Below, in pieces: positions 36,784-46,595 of a DNA stretch of 64,000 nucleotides; within the stretch, counting starts at the first letter, position 1; every line of letters begins with the position of its first letter. Origin of the DNA: Anaerovoracaceae bacterium (GTDB lineage Bacteria; Bacillota; Clostridia; Peptostreptococcales; Anaerovoracaceae); the NCBI GenBank assembly GCA_045540775.1, contig JAZQHU010000052.1, positions 10,531 through 74,530 on the forward strand, given 5' to 3'. Under the pieces are notes generated by a model. The model had not been told where the DNA came from. It saw nothing but the letters and a program-made list of their open reading frames with translations, and ran no database searches. The position numbers were made by a program, and so were the translations under genes.

Positions 36784-36879
36784 TTTGGAGGCACGATCGA
36801 ATCAATTGAACAAAATAAAAGAACCGGCATATCGTCCTTCGCTGAATGAAGGCGTGATGCCGGTTCTTATTATGTCACT

Positions 36880-38676
36880 CTATTCTCCCTCATACCTGTG
36901 ATAGATGAAGTGCGATGTAGTATCCAGATGCAGGAGCCCGTCGTTCTCAGCTGCCTCTGTTTCAAGTGCCTCGAGCACTGCATCTCTCATCACAATGTTG
37001 TTGTACAGAAGCCTGTCTGTTTCGTTGTATGCGATGAGCGGATTGTGCGTGCCGTCATCGTTCGGCCTGTCTGATATAGCAGAGAACTCGCCGACTGATA
37101 TCTTGAGTTTCTTGTCTTTCCAGCCTTCAGTCCACTGTCCGTCCCTGTAGATGACCGTCCCGTCCTTCACAAGGGCATCGACTATGCAATTTTTCCTGCC
37201 CTCTTTATTCACATTGTCCGCCGGGTCATCGTAGAAATAGCAGTCGATGCCGGTCATGCAGGTCAGAAGACTCCTGCCGCTGTGCTGCATGGAATAATGC
37301 ATCAGGTCCATGAACTCTCCGTAAGTGATCTCATAGACATAGATCGTATCGTCAAACGGCAGCATCGAGAAGATGTCGCTGTGTGTGACCACCCTCCTAT
37401 CCTTGCCCTCAGGCACATCAAGATCCGCACGCACTCCTGATGTATTGCATATGGAGACGTCCGCTCCGGTATATTTTCTTACTGCATCATTGATCCAGTT
37501 GTTTGCAATAGTGATCCTCTTCCCGCTGTCATCCAGATAACGTCTGGTGATGGACTGGGTAACATATCCTATCTCATCCTCAAGATATCCGCGGATAAGC
37601 TCCAGATACTCATCACATATCTTTATTACATCAGCGGAAAGCTCCTCTGCGTTGGCCTGAGTATTGAGCAGAATCTTCTCATCATCCAGAGTGTAGATTA
37701 TATCCGCCCTGTCGTCAGCACCGGCTTTTATCTGCGCACCGCCCTTGCCGTCATGCTCAAATACTAGCTCCGAATAAGTGTAAGCGGATGCTTTGCCTGA
37801 AGGAGACAGGTATCTGAGCCCCCAGTCTGTCGTTTCCAGATGCCTCTTGTGGACATGCCCGCCGAGCACAAGGTCGACAGCAGTTCCCTCTCCGAGGCTT
37901 TCGGCTGTATGCCCCGGATCGCCATGCACGAGAAGGATCGTCGCATCGGCCTTGCCGCTTTCTTCGAGATCCGCAGCGAGCTCATTCACTTTGTCCGTAT
38001 CCTCAACGATGCTGTAACCCAGATCGGTGAAAGACGACTGCAGCATGCTTGCCGAAAAGTCCTCATCGTAGCCTATTACGGCCACTCTGGCCTCGAGCAT
38101 TTTGCCGTCCTCTGAATACGCCTTCTTGTTCAGGATGACATAGTCCTGCGTGAACTCTGTCTTCTTGCCGTCGCGAAACAGGTTGGAGCACACGACAGGG
38201 ATCTTGTTCTCATGCTTCTCCCCGCCGAGCACATAGTCGCGCATCGTGGCATCTGAGTTGATAACGGTCTCGAGCCCCCAGTCAAATTCATGATTGCCGA
38301 CTCCGACCGCATCGTACTTCATGCAGTCATAAACAGCAGACAGCGGCTCGCCTTTCTCAAGGAGAGAAACCGTGCTTCCCTGATATATATCGCCCGTGTC
38401 CACGAGGATCGTCCGGTCCGCATCAGAACCTTCCTCAGTCCTGCGCGCGTCTTCGACCTTGTCTGCGATGTAAGCCATTCTGTACTCCGGCGGCTCAGTG
38501 TCTGAAACGATACTGCCGTGAACGTCGGACGTCTCAAAAACTGGCAGCCTGAATTCGCCGGTTCCCGCCTCAGGATATACGATCCCGATGCGCGGCCCGG
38601 TATACAGAAGCACTTCAAGCACGATGAGCGTCGCCAGCATCATTGCTATGAGGTCACGTTTGTCTGCTATTCGCAT
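36880..38676 (-). CDS. Membrane-anchored metallophosphoesterase / 5'-nucleotidase family protein
   Basis: 598 aa. N-terminal TM segment; motifs DTGDIYQG, GNHEFD and GGHVH. Confidence 0.8.
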   Translation of the reverse strand: MRIADKRDLIAMMLATLIVLEVLLYTGPRIGIVYPEAGTGEFRLPVFETSDVHGSIVSDTEPPEYRMAYIADKVEDARRTEEGSDADRTILVDTGDIYQGSTVSLLEKGEPLSAVYDCMKYDAVGVGNHEFDWGLETVINSDATMRDYVLGGEKHENKIPVVCSNLFRDGKKTEFTQDYVILNKKAYSEDGKMLEARVAVIGYDEDFSASMLQSSFTDLGYSIVEDTDKVNELAADLEESGKADATILLVHGDPGHTAESLGEGTAVDLVLGGHVHKRHLETTDWGLRYLSPSGKASAYTYSELVFEHDGKGGAQIKAGADDRADIIYTLDDEKILLNTQANAEELSADVIKICDEYLELIRGYLEDEIGYVTQSITRRYLDDSGKRITIANNWINDAVRKYTGADVSICNTSGVRADLDVPEGKDRRVVTHSDIFSMLPFDDTIYVYEITYGEFMDLMHYSMQHSGRSLLTCMTGIDCYFYDDPADNVNKEGRKNCIVDALVKDGTVIYRDGQWTEGWKDKKLKISVGEFSAISDRPNDDGTHNPLIAYNETDRLLYNNIVMRDAVLEALETEAAENDGLLHLDTTSHFIYHRYEGE

Positions 38677-38809
38677 AGTAGATTTCCTCTCTGCGTCTCT
38701 ATGTCTCTCTATCCCTTTTTATCTGTCCCGCAGTCCGCTGAAACTGTGCGAACCTTCTTCACTATACTGTCGGGTGCTGCGGTTCTCGGCTGCTTTCGCC
38801 AGTTATATG

Positions 38810-39691
38810 CTACTTAGTAGGCGCCACATGCATGGCTCCCGGGCACACGTTGCATGCGACTGCGCAGCCGCCTTTGGCAGTCTCCCTGAGTGACTCAGGC
38901 AGTGACCTGCCTACATCATAAGTTATCCTGATCATCTCATCAAGAGATATATGCACAGTCACGCCCGCCATCGCCAGCTCTGCCGCCGTGAAAGCTCCGG
39001 CTGCGCCGATCGTGTTCCTCGTCTGGCAAGGCACCTCGACCAGCCCTCTCACCGGGTCGCACACGAGTCCGAGCAGGTTGGACAGAGCTATCGCCGCCGC
39101 GTCGCAGCACTGCTGAGGCGTCCCCCCGAGCATCTCGACAAGAGCGCTCGCAGCCATCGCCGAAGCCGACCCGACCTCAGCCTGGCATCCTGCCTCGGCA
39201 CCTGAGACCGACCCGTTTCTCGTCAGCAGGTATCCTATTGCGCTCGCGTTGATGAGCCCCTTTCTCAGAGTGTCCATGCTTATGTCGCAGTTCTGGTACA
39301 CTGACAGGAGTACTGCAGGCAAAACACCTGCTGCTCCGGCCGTAGGTGCCGCAACTATGACGCCCATGCTCGCATTGGTCTCTGCGACCGCGAGCGCGTT
39401 TATAAGAGCGTTGTGCACCACCGTCCCGCAGATCTGCTTGCTGTCTTCAAGCCCGTTCAGCTTCTGCGCCTCTCCGCCGAGGAATCCGCCCATTGAAGGT
39501 GCAGGCTCGGATATCGCTTTGTCGACCGCCACGTTCATGACACGGAGGCACCTGTCGATCTCCTCCATTATCTCTTCTTCCTCCAGCTCACCAAGCTGCA
39601 TCTCTCTTTCAAGCATGATGTCTGAAATATCCATATATTTAAATGCGCAGAGCTTCAGCAGCTCTTCCGCCGTCCTGAAATCCCAGTTCAC
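38810..39691 (-). CDS. sdaAA: L-serine dehydratase, Fe-S dependent, alpha subunit
   Basis: 293 aa. Gly/Ala-rich SdaA core (GGFLGGEAQK, AAPTAGAAGVLPA), paired with the beta subunit. Confidence 0.85.
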   Translation of the reverse strand: MNWDFRTAEELLKLCAFKYMDISDIMLEREMQLGELEEEEIMEEIDRCLRVMNVAVDKAISEPAPSMGGFLGGEAQKLNGLEDSKQICGTVVHNALINALAVAETNASMGVIVAAPTAGAAGVLPAVLLSVYQNCDISMDTLRKGLINASAIGYLLTRNGSVSGAEAGCQAEVGSASAMAASALVEMLGGTPQQCCDAAAIALSNLLGLVCDPVRGLVEVPCQTRNTIGAAGAFTAAELAMAGVTVHISLDEMIRITYDVGRSLPESLRETAKGGCAVACNVCPGAMHVAPTK

Positions 39692-39764
39692 TTTGTCACT
39701 CCTTAGTTAAGATAATAGACTCCACAATTTTGCCCGTGATCTTCCGGGCGCTCATTACAGCCGC

Positions 39765-40439
39765 TTACAGCTGGATAATGTCCACGCTCGTGATGCCCTC
39801 TCTTGCATTCAGCTCATCCTGTATAAGGTCAGGGATGAAGTCATCCGTCTCGATGATGGTGAAGGCCTGTTTACCCTTAGCATTACGGAACATCCTCATG
39901 GAAGCTATGTTGATTTTGCGCTCGGCAAGGCATCCTGTCATGAATGCCGCCATTCCCGGCTCGTCCCTGTGGCCGACGATTATCGTGCTGTAGTCGCCGT
40001 TGAAGTCGACCCGGATATCGTTCATCCTGGTGATGCGGATCCTGCCGCCTCCGATGGACTCGCCGCGGATGTAGAGGGAATGCCCGTCTGCCGCCGTCAT
40101 GTCGATGCCGACCGTGTTAGGATGCGGCATATCCTCTTCCGTATCCACAATGAACTCGACCTCGAGCCCTGCCTCGCGCGCTTCCTCGAACGCCGTCCTG
40201 ATCCGCACGTCGTCAGGCCTGTAGCCGAGCATCCCGCCTATGAGGGCCCGGTCAGTTCCGTGCCCCCGGTATGTATCGGCAAAAGAGCCGTACAGGGTGA
40301 AGGTGACATGGGCCGGAGCTCCTGTGAATATCTGCCTCGCCATCCAGGCGATAGCTGCAGCTCCCGAAGTGTGGGAGCTCGACGGCCCGACCATGACCGG
40401 GCCGATTATGTCAAACATACTTATATAATTATTTCTCAT
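39765..40439 (-). CDS. sdaAB: L-serine dehydratase, beta subunit
   Basis: 224 aa. MFDIIGPVMVGPSSSHTSGA motif with a C-terminal ACT-like domain. Confidence 0.85.
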   Translation of the reverse strand: MRNNYISMFDIIGPVMVGPSSSHTSGAAAIAWMARQIFTGAPAHVTFTLYGSFADTYRGHGTDRALIGGMLGYRPDDVRIRTAFEEAREAGLEVEFIVDTEEDMPHPNTVGIDMTAADGHSLYIRGESIGGGRIRITRMNDIRVDFNGDYSTIIVGHRDEPGMAAFMTGCLAERKINIASMRMFRNAKGKQAFTIIETDDFIPDLIQDELNAREGITSVDIIQL

Positions 40440-40654
40440 TCTTATCTATACTCCTTCAGGGCATCAATGCCGGTCATGAATGCCGGCAATTATCTTAAGG
40501 CACCTGCTGTCTTTGATCGTACTATTGCGCTTCCTGCAGAACAGGCGCCGCTGCCGTCCTCCTCTCACTCTGACTATCATTATAATACAAGAACACCCTA
40601 GCCCGAAATTCACTTCTGCCTGTATGTGACGTAACAATTCAACGTTGCCCGCAT

Positions 40655-40888
40655 TTTACGCCATCAAGCACTCTTGAATTCAATCATTTTTGCCTTCTTG
40701 TTGGCGTAAACATCTTATATTCTCTCTTTTTTACGCCACACCTTCAATCAGTTTACGTCTGATTTGATCGATTACATGGCGTAAAACACATAAAAACGTA
40801 CAGATTTACGCCACCATTCTAAACTATAGCGCCCCATCCTCTCCTTTTTGATGGCGTAAAAATCATAAAAGCCGCTTCAAAAACGCCA
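40655..40888. repeat. Array of TGGCGTAAA / TTTACGCCA inverted-repeat units (three ~75-bp-spaced hairpin units plus extra half-sites)
   Basis: TGGCGTAAA-N19-TTTACGCCA (40702..40738), TGGCGTAAA-N18-TTTACGCCA (40778..40813), TGGCGTAAA-N20-AAACGCCA (40852..40888). Extra half-sites at 40655 and 40752. Confidence 0.8.
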
Positions 40889-40945
40889 CCTAGTAAGCCG
40901 CACTGACATCATCTTCAAAAAAGCCAACCAACAATAAACACATAC

Positions 40946-40975
40946 TGAAAAACGAGGCCAGGATTTCCGGCCCCG
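40946..40975 (-). terminator. Terminator after the bacteriocin precursor pair
   Basis: Minus strand CGGGGCCGG-AAAT-CCTGGCCTCG followed by TTTTTC. Confidence 0.65.
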
Positions 40976-41044
40976 TGTTCAGTCTCTTCTGTATCTGTAT
41001 TCAGATTTTATGATTGGCTTTCAGGCTCTGCAGATCTGCAGTTC

Positions 41045-41482
41045 CTAAACGATGCTTGTTGGGTCGCCCGATCCTGCACAGCTCACTTTATTACCGCCTG
41101 CGCCAATGCCAATGCATATGCCCATACCGGTGTCATAGCCGGTCGAAGTCTTCTCCACGGCTCCCCCTACACCGATTCCGTAACCGAAGAGCACGCACTT
41201 GGTCCATATCAGTCCGCCGCCTTTTCCGCCTGCAACCTGTTCAAGCTCATCTTCAGATAATTCTCCCTGAGCATCAGCGGCAAAAGCGCCTGTAAACTCT
41301 TTGAACTCATCGTATGTCGCGGAGAGTCCGTGCTTTTGCCCGAGAGGCAGCAGAAGGTTTTCAAATACAGACTTTTCGTCCTGCTCTCCTGTATATTTCT
41401 CAGCCGCTTCTCTTAACTCCTCCTGAAAATCGGAATCATTCACCAGAAGATCTCTGAATTTTATAAGATCTGCTTTTACCAT
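41045..41482 (-). CDS. Nif11-like-leader (N11P) ribosomal peptide precursor A
   Basis: 145 aa. 86-aa Nif11-type leader ending ELSEDELEQVAGG, then a 59-aa glycine-rich core KGGGLIWTKCVLFGYGIGVGG...GICIGIGAGG...SCAGSGDPTSIV with Cys at core positions 10, 37 and 49. Confidence 0.85.
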   Translation of the reverse strand: MVKADLIKFRDLLVNDSDFQEELREAAEKYTGEQDEKSVFENLLLPLGQKHGLSATYDEFKEFTGAFAADAQGELSEDELEQVAGGKGGGLIWTKCVLFGYGIGVGGAVEKTSTGYDTGMGICIGIGAGGNKVSCAGSGDPTSIV

Positions 41483-41568
41483 GATGTTAATATATCCCCT
41501 TTCTTTTCATACAAGATAATTGTCTCTGTCCATGATGCAACACAGCATCAGTTTCCCGTGTTCAGACC

Positions 41569-42027
41569 CTATAAGTCCACAAGATCGTCGGCTTCTCCGG
41601 ATCCGAAGCACTTGTAGCTTCCGGCTCCTGCACCGATGCCTATGCATATGCCCACGCCAAAGTGAGAACCGCTGCCATGCGGAGTATCTGCTCCTCCTAC
41701 ACCGATCCCGACACCAAAAATAGCGCATTTGCCAATACCTGCTCCGCCGCCTTTTCCGCCAGCGACCTGTGTCAGCTCGTCCTCTGAAAGCTCTCCGGCG
41801 AGTTCTCCGTTTTCGGCACCGCTTGCAACAGCCTCTATGTAATCTCTGAATTCATCATAGGTTGCCGAGAGCCCATGCTCTTTTCCGAGCGGAAGCACGA
41901 CCTTCTCAAATACAGCCTCCTCATCCGGCTCTCCATCATATTTTTCAGCTGCTGCTTTGAATTTTTCCTGGAATTCAGGGTCAGTGGTTATAAGTTCATG
42001 AAACTTCTTGAGATCTTCCTTAGCCAT
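41569..42027 (-). CDS. Nif11-like-leader (N11P) ribosomal peptide precursor B
   Basis: 152 aa. 91-aa leader ending ELSEDELTQVAGG, then a 61-aa core KGGGAGIGKCAIFGVGIGVGG...GICIGIGAGAGSYKCFGSGEADDLVDL with Cys at the same core positions 10, 37 and 49. Confidence 0.85.
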   Translation of the reverse strand: MAKEDLKKFHELITTDPEFQEKFKAAAEKYDGEPDEEAVFEKVVLPLGKEHGLSATYDEFRDYIEAVASGAENGELAGELSEDELTQVAGGKGGGAGIGKCAIFGVGIGVGGADTPHGSGSHFGVGICIGIGAGAGSYKCFGSGEADDLVDL

Positions 42028-42083
42028 GTTTTCCCTCCCATTGAGTTCTCAGACATGCGTACTTCTCTTATATTGATACAATT

Positions 42084-43322
42084 TTACCACATTATAGAGA
42101 CAGAATTCATTAGGTCTGTGTACGCGCTGCCGCTTGCCATCTTCTCAGGCTCCTTCACGAACGCGATTCCGGCCTTCAGGCAAAGCATCTCTGCCTGTGC
42201 CCTTGCGTGCTCATCTGTGATGGAAGTGATGTCCTTCACCTTGGAAGTTCCGACGGTGCGGCGGATGAGCTCGGTGCCTGCGTAGCCTGCCTGGTCTCTG
42301 AAAATGTCAGCCATGTAGGCATCGCGGAATGACGCGTTACTCATCATGCGGTCACCTGACTTCTCAGCCATCAGGGATTTTGCCTTGGCGTCGAACTTAT
42401 CGCAGAACTCTTCGATAACGCTGAGCACCCACGCAAGGTACGCGTCCTTCTCTGCGCCGTTCTCCATAGTATAGAGGGCGTTGGCGTATGCAAAAATCAT
42501 GTTGGCTATGAAGTTGCCTGTGTCGTAACCGACTGGTCCGTAGAAAGCGAACTCAGGATCGAGTATGCAGGTTTTCTCAGGTGTCACGAACACTGAGCCA
42601 GAATGAAGGTCGCCGTGCAGAAGAGCCTGCGCTTTGCTCTCGAAAGTCGCCTTGAGCATGCCGACCTTAGCGTGCAGTTCCTCATCGCCGTAGATGTGCT
42701 CGCGCATGAACGCATCATTCTCAGGCATGACGCTGTTGTCGTCGAGGTCGTCCCAGTACGGCTCTGTCAGCACGTGGCGCTCTGTGATCTCGCACAGCTT
42801 CGGATTGGTGTATCTCTTCACGAGCTCCTTCTTCTTCTCGGCGCCGACGATCATGTCAGTAGTGCCAATAAGGGCTTTGCCGCAGAAATCCGCAACGTCC
42901 TCAGCGAGGTTCGGGAACATCTTATGCGCGCATAGCTCGTAGCGGAGATTCTCGTACCCGCGCATGTCCTCCATCAGGATGTTGTGCTCCTCTTCATCAT
43001 AGAGGTAGACCTCCGGGATCAGGCCCGGGCAGTACTCGCGGTGCATCTTCAGCACCTCGCACTCGATGCGGCTCCGCTCGAATCCGATGTGCCTGCTCGT
43101 GTTGACTCTTAGAGTGTCCTCCGCATGCTTGACGATGAGAGACTTGCCGATTTTCTCATCCTCGACGCGGAAAACATAATTGATGTTGCCGTCGGACAGC
43201 TCGCCCGCCTTCAGCTCTGCATCGCCGCTGAAGAAGTCCGGCAGCGCCTTTCTTACATAATCGATTACAGTGGTGGTATCGTACATTTTGTTTTTCAGCT
43301 CCTTTAACGTGCTATTTATCAT
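42084..43322 (-). CDS. mtnK: S-methyl-5-thioribose kinase
   Basis: 412 aa. ELSDGNINYVFRV, NPKLCEITERHVLTEPY, LLHGDLHSGSVFV, ILDPEFAFYGPVGYDTGNFIAN and ELIRRTVG match the MtnK family pattern. Confidence 0.85.
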   Translation of the reverse strand: MINSTLKELKNKMYDTTTVIDYVRKALPDFFSGDAELKAGELSDGNINYVFRVEDEKIGKSLIVKHAEDTLRVNTSRHIGFERSRIECEVLKMHREYCPGLIPEVYLYDEEEHNILMEDMRGYENLRYELCAHKMFPNLAEDVADFCGKALIGTTDMIVGAEKKKELVKRYTNPKLCEITERHVLTEPYWDDLDDNSVMPENDAFMREHIYGDEELHAKVGMLKATFESKAQALLHGDLHSGSVFVTPEKTCILDPEFAFYGPVGYDTGNFIANMIFAYANALYTMENGAEKDAYLAWVLSVIEEFCDKFDAKAKSLMAEKSGDRMMSNASFRDAYMADIFRDQAGYAGTELIRRTVGTSKVKDITSITDEHARAQAEMLCLKAGIAFVKEPEKMASGSAYTDLMNSVSIMW

Positions 43323-43355
43323 GATGCCCGGATTGCCGGGTCAAAATTATCTGTA

Positions 43356-44414
43356 TCAGTACTTATTGTGCACCTTCTCGGCAAAGCACATGACGTCCCT
43401 GATCTCGATCTTCGTCCCGTCGTCGAGTACCGCGGTCCCGCTCATTTTGCCGAAGACCTGATGCTGGTCGGAGACGATGACCTTGAAATCGAGGTTGGCC
43501 GCCCTATCAAGGACCGGCTCGAACTCCATCTCGAACCTGCCGTCCGACGAGGTGAACGTCCACTTGTCCATGTAGCCGGTGTCAGGGATGTTGAAGGTGA
43601 CATCATCGAGCTTGTGGGCTTTGCCGTCGTAGAAGAGAATGTTCTCGGAGGCCGCGCTCGTGTCGCCGAAACCGTAGCCGATGTTCCAGCCGAACGCTTT
43701 GCCGTCGATGTCCGTGTTGCCCGAGCCCCAGAACCACGTATTGTCATAAGTCCAGACGCCGCGGCCCCAGTCCAGCGTGCCGAAGTCGGTCAGCGGGTCG
43801 AACTCGTAGCGGTGCCCGTCGAACTCAACGTAGCCCGAAGCCCTCATGCAGTTGATCTTCTGATTGTAGTAGAAAGCGTGCTCCTCAGGCCACGGGGTCG
43901 CGATGACCATCGAGTCCATCGGCGGCTGCTCGAGAGTGATGTTGGCTTCGAGCGGTTTGCCGTCGTAGAAGCGGTCAAAATGGCAGGTTATTATGCGCTT
44001 GCCCTTCTGTTCGGCGGAAAACTGCATCTGCAGGCGCTTATCGGCGAATCTGGTGATGCCTGACGCCGAGTGGTCCGGAAGCTGCAGCTTTCCCATCGGG
44101 AACGGGTTCAGCACCGTCTCTGTATGCTCCCACGGCGCGCCGGCAGGACTGTATTCATGCACCGCAGAATCCCCGCTGAATGTCAGGAGCGACACCGACT
44201 GCAGGCCGATGTACCCGTCATCCGAGACAGTGAATGCCGCGGCAAAATCCTTATTCACTACCAGGTAGTAGTCCCACTCCTTGATCCGCCATTTCGGCGC
44301 TTTGATCATCGAGCGCCTGTACTGCTGGACCATGCTCCTGGACCAGCCCGGTTCTCTCAGCTCGCCGTCGATGTCAAGGAGCAGCTGCTTCTTAGTTATC
44401 TCGTGGTTTCTCAT
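43356..44414 (-). CDS. DUF2804-like protein
   Basis: 352 aa. WRIKEWDYYLV motif and overall beta-rich pattern recalled for DUF2804. From memory only. Confidence 0.5.
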   Translation of the reverse strand: MRNHEITKKQLLLDIDGELREPGWSRSMVQQYRRSMIKAPKWRIKEWDYYLVVNKDFAAAFTVSDDGYIGLQSVSLLTFSGDSAVHEYSPAGAPWEHTETVLNPFPMGKLQLPDHSASGITRFADKRLQMQFSAEQKGKRIITCHFDRFYDGKPLEANITLEQPPMDSMVIATPWPEEHAFYYNQKINCMRASGYVEFDGHRYEFDPLTDFGTLDWGRGVWTYDNTWFWGSGNTDIDGKAFGWNIGYGFGDTSAASENILFYDGKAHKLDDVTFNIPDTGYMDKWTFTSSDGRFEMEFEPVLDRAANLDFKVIVSDQHQVFGKMSGTAVLDDGTKIEIRDVMCFAEKVHNKY

Positions 44415-44429
44415 AACGGGTTTCCTTTC

Positions 44430-45266
44430 CTATATCTCAAACGTAGTGCCTGTGCAGAAGGCATGCATCTTGTCTCCGAGCTCCTCAGATAGGATCTGCA
44501 TGGCTCTCTCGCCGGTGCAGTGGCTCGTGTAAACTGCCTCGACTCCGGTCTCAAGGACGCGGCGTGCAAAATCTCTTACATACTTGTCGGTCTTGTTGTA
44601 CAGGTGGAAGCCGCCGATCATCGCCAGTATCCGCCTGCCCGGGTAAGCCTGCATCGCTTCGTTTATGATGTTGTCTGCGCCGGCGTGTGAGCAGCTGTTG
44701 AATACAACGATGCCCTCAGGGAGCTCAAACACCAGGCTCACCTCGTGCCTGAAGTCATCAGGAATGAACCTCATAAGGCCCTGCCGGAGGTACATCCTGT
44801 CCGCGCGGCCGAGCCTGTCAAGGCCGGGCGTCGAATGCCCGAGGAGGCTGATGCCCTTGTCTATCCGGGTCATCTTTCCTGCCTTCACGATGCGGCCGGC
44901 ATGCCTCTTCATTATGCCGCGCGGCACTCCCGCATACTTCATGAATATGCCGTGCTTGTCATAGCAGTTCTCCTCGCAGCCCTCAGCCACATACAGCGGC
45001 GCATGATCATTCAGCTCAAAGAAAGTGTCCAGCCCGTTCGCATGGTCATCATGCGCATGCGACAGCACGGCATAGTCCACCGCCTTCAGATCGAGCCCGA
45101 GTTTCTCCGCATTCTCCGCAAAAAGTCCCGACAGCCCCGCATCGAGGAGGACCGTTTTGCCCTCATATTCAATATAGAACGACAGGCCCCATTCGCCCTT
45201 GAGCTGCTCGCCGTCTCTGTTGTCCACAAGTACAGTTACTCTCACTGGTCCATTCTCCCTTTTCAT
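44430..45266 (-). CDS. MBL-fold metallo-hydrolase
   Basis: 278 aa. LSHAHDDHANG (HxHxDH) motif. Confidence 0.8.
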   Translation of the reverse strand: MKRENGPVRVTVLVDNRDGEQLKGEWGLSFYIEYEGKTVLLDAGLSGLFAENAEKLGLDLKAVDYAVLSHAHDDHANGLDTFFELNDHAPLYVAEGCEENCYDKHGIFMKYAGVPRGIMKRHAGRIVKAGKMTRIDKGISLLGHSTPGLDRLGRADRMYLRQGLMRFIPDDFRHEVSLVFELPEGIVVFNSCSHAGADNIINEAMQAYPGRRILAMIGGFHLYNKTDKYVRDFARRVLETGVEAVYTSHCTGERAMQILSEELGDKMHAFCTGTTFEI

Positions 45267-45298
45267 CCTGCATCCGGCTCTTCACCCGATGCTATCAA

Positions 45299-46513
45299 TT
45301 ACCTGTGCTTCCTCATATACTCCGCCGTCCTGTACAGCGTGGTCCCGCTGAATATCTTGTCAAGATTGCCGGCAAAATCCAGGTGATACCTCTCGCCCAG
45401 CTCGGCGAGCTTGTCATCAATTATCTGCTGCTTCTCGTCGATTGATTCCTCGAGGTAGTCCTCGAGCGACATCTGCCACCCGTCATCGCCGGTCAGGTTG
45501 TAGACCCCCGCGCCGATGAGCCTCACAGGCCGCTTTTCGATCTGCCCCAGCAGATCCCTCGTCTCCTGCCATATGGTCGCAGCCGAATCACTCGACACCA
45601 CGATCCTCGATCTCGTTATATTCTTCATGTCGGCGTACGTCACTTTAAGCGTCACACCCCGGCCGTGGAGACCCTTGCGTTTTGCCCGTCGCTCGACACT
45701 CATCGCGAGCAGGAACAGCACGTCGTCGAGGAGCCCAAAATCGCTGACGTCCTCCTGGAAGGTCAGCTCGCGGCTTATCGATTTGGTGTCCAGCGGGTCG
45801 TACGGTACGACTTTGCGGTCATCGATGCCGTAAGCCATCCTCGTGATATGCGCGCCGTGCTTGCCGAGAAGCCTGACGACCTCATCCTGCCTGTCTCTGA
45901 CGTCGCGCACCGTCGCGATGCCAACGCGCTTTAGTTTTTCCGCTGTCCTCGCACCTACCGTGTAGAGCGCCCTGACGTCCCTGTCGATGATCAGGTCCAC
46001 GAACTCCTGAGGCGTGCGGATCTCAAAGTACCCGTCCGGCTTCTTCTCCTCGCTCGCGGTCTTCGCCGCAGTCTTGGAATAAGCGATACCGACCGAGCAG
46101 GTCAGGTGCACCTCTTCGCGTGTCCTCCGCTTGATCGTCTGAGCGATCTCCCTCGCGCCGGCCCAGTCACCGGCGGTTTCCGTAATGTCCAGGTAAGCCT
46201 CATCAAGAGCGATCGACTCGGCAGCCGTCGCATAGTCATTCCAGATGCCATGCAGCTGATCCGAGACCGCCCTGTATTTATCAAAATTCGGGTGCATATA
46301 GATGCCCCTCGGGCACAGGCGGTACGCTTCCTTGATATTCATCCCGGAATGCACGCCATACTTCCGCGCCTCATAGCTCGCCGTCGCAACAACACCGCGC
46401 TCAGTCGGAAGCGACCCGATGATAAGCGGCTTGCCCGCCAGCTCCGGGTTGTCCCGTATCTCCACCGAGGCGTAGAAAGCATCCATATCCACATGTAAAA
46501 TGATCTGATCCAC
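45299..46513 (-). CDS. dinB: DNA polymerase IV (Y-family)
   Basis: 404 aa. ILHVDMDAFYASVE, SVGIAYSKTAAKTAS and a little-finger region. Confidence 0.9.
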   Translation of the reverse strand: MDQIILHVDMDAFYASVEIRDNPELAGKPLIIGSLPTERGVVATASYEARKYGVHSGMNIKEAYRLCPRGIYMHPNFDKYRAVSDQLHGIWNDYATAAESIALDEAYLDITETAGDWAGAREIAQTIKRRTREEVHLTCSVGIAYSKTAAKTASEEKKPDGYFEIRTPQEFVDLIIDRDVRALYTVGARTAEKLKRVGIATVRDVRDRQDEVVRLLGKHGAHITRMAYGIDDRKVVPYDPLDTKSISRELTFQEDVSDFGLLDDVLFLLAMSVERRAKRKGLHGRGVTLKVTYADMKNITRSRIVVSSDSAATIWQETRDLLGQIEKRPVRLIGAGVYNLTGDDGWQMSLEDYLEESIDEKQQIIDDKLAELGERYHLDFAGNLDKIFSGTTLYRTAEYMRKHR

Positions 46514-46531
46514 GCTCCGCGCCTCCTGATA

Positions 46532-46592
46532 TGACAGTGGGGACGGTTCTCACTGTCAGCTTTTATGACAATGAGAACCGTCCCCATTGTCA
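46532..46592. repeat. Two inverted copies of the 27-bp REP-like hairpin element
   Basis: TGACAGTGGGGACGGTTCTCACTGTCA (46532..46558) and TGACAATGAGAACCGTCCCCATTGTCA (46566..46592). Confidence 0.85.
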
Positions 46593-46595
46593 TAT

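Noticed and set aside
35488-36790. Group II intron-encoded RT
   Set aside because: No domain V/VI-like sequence lies downstream, no GUGYG 5' boundary is present, and the ORF has no endonuclease domain.
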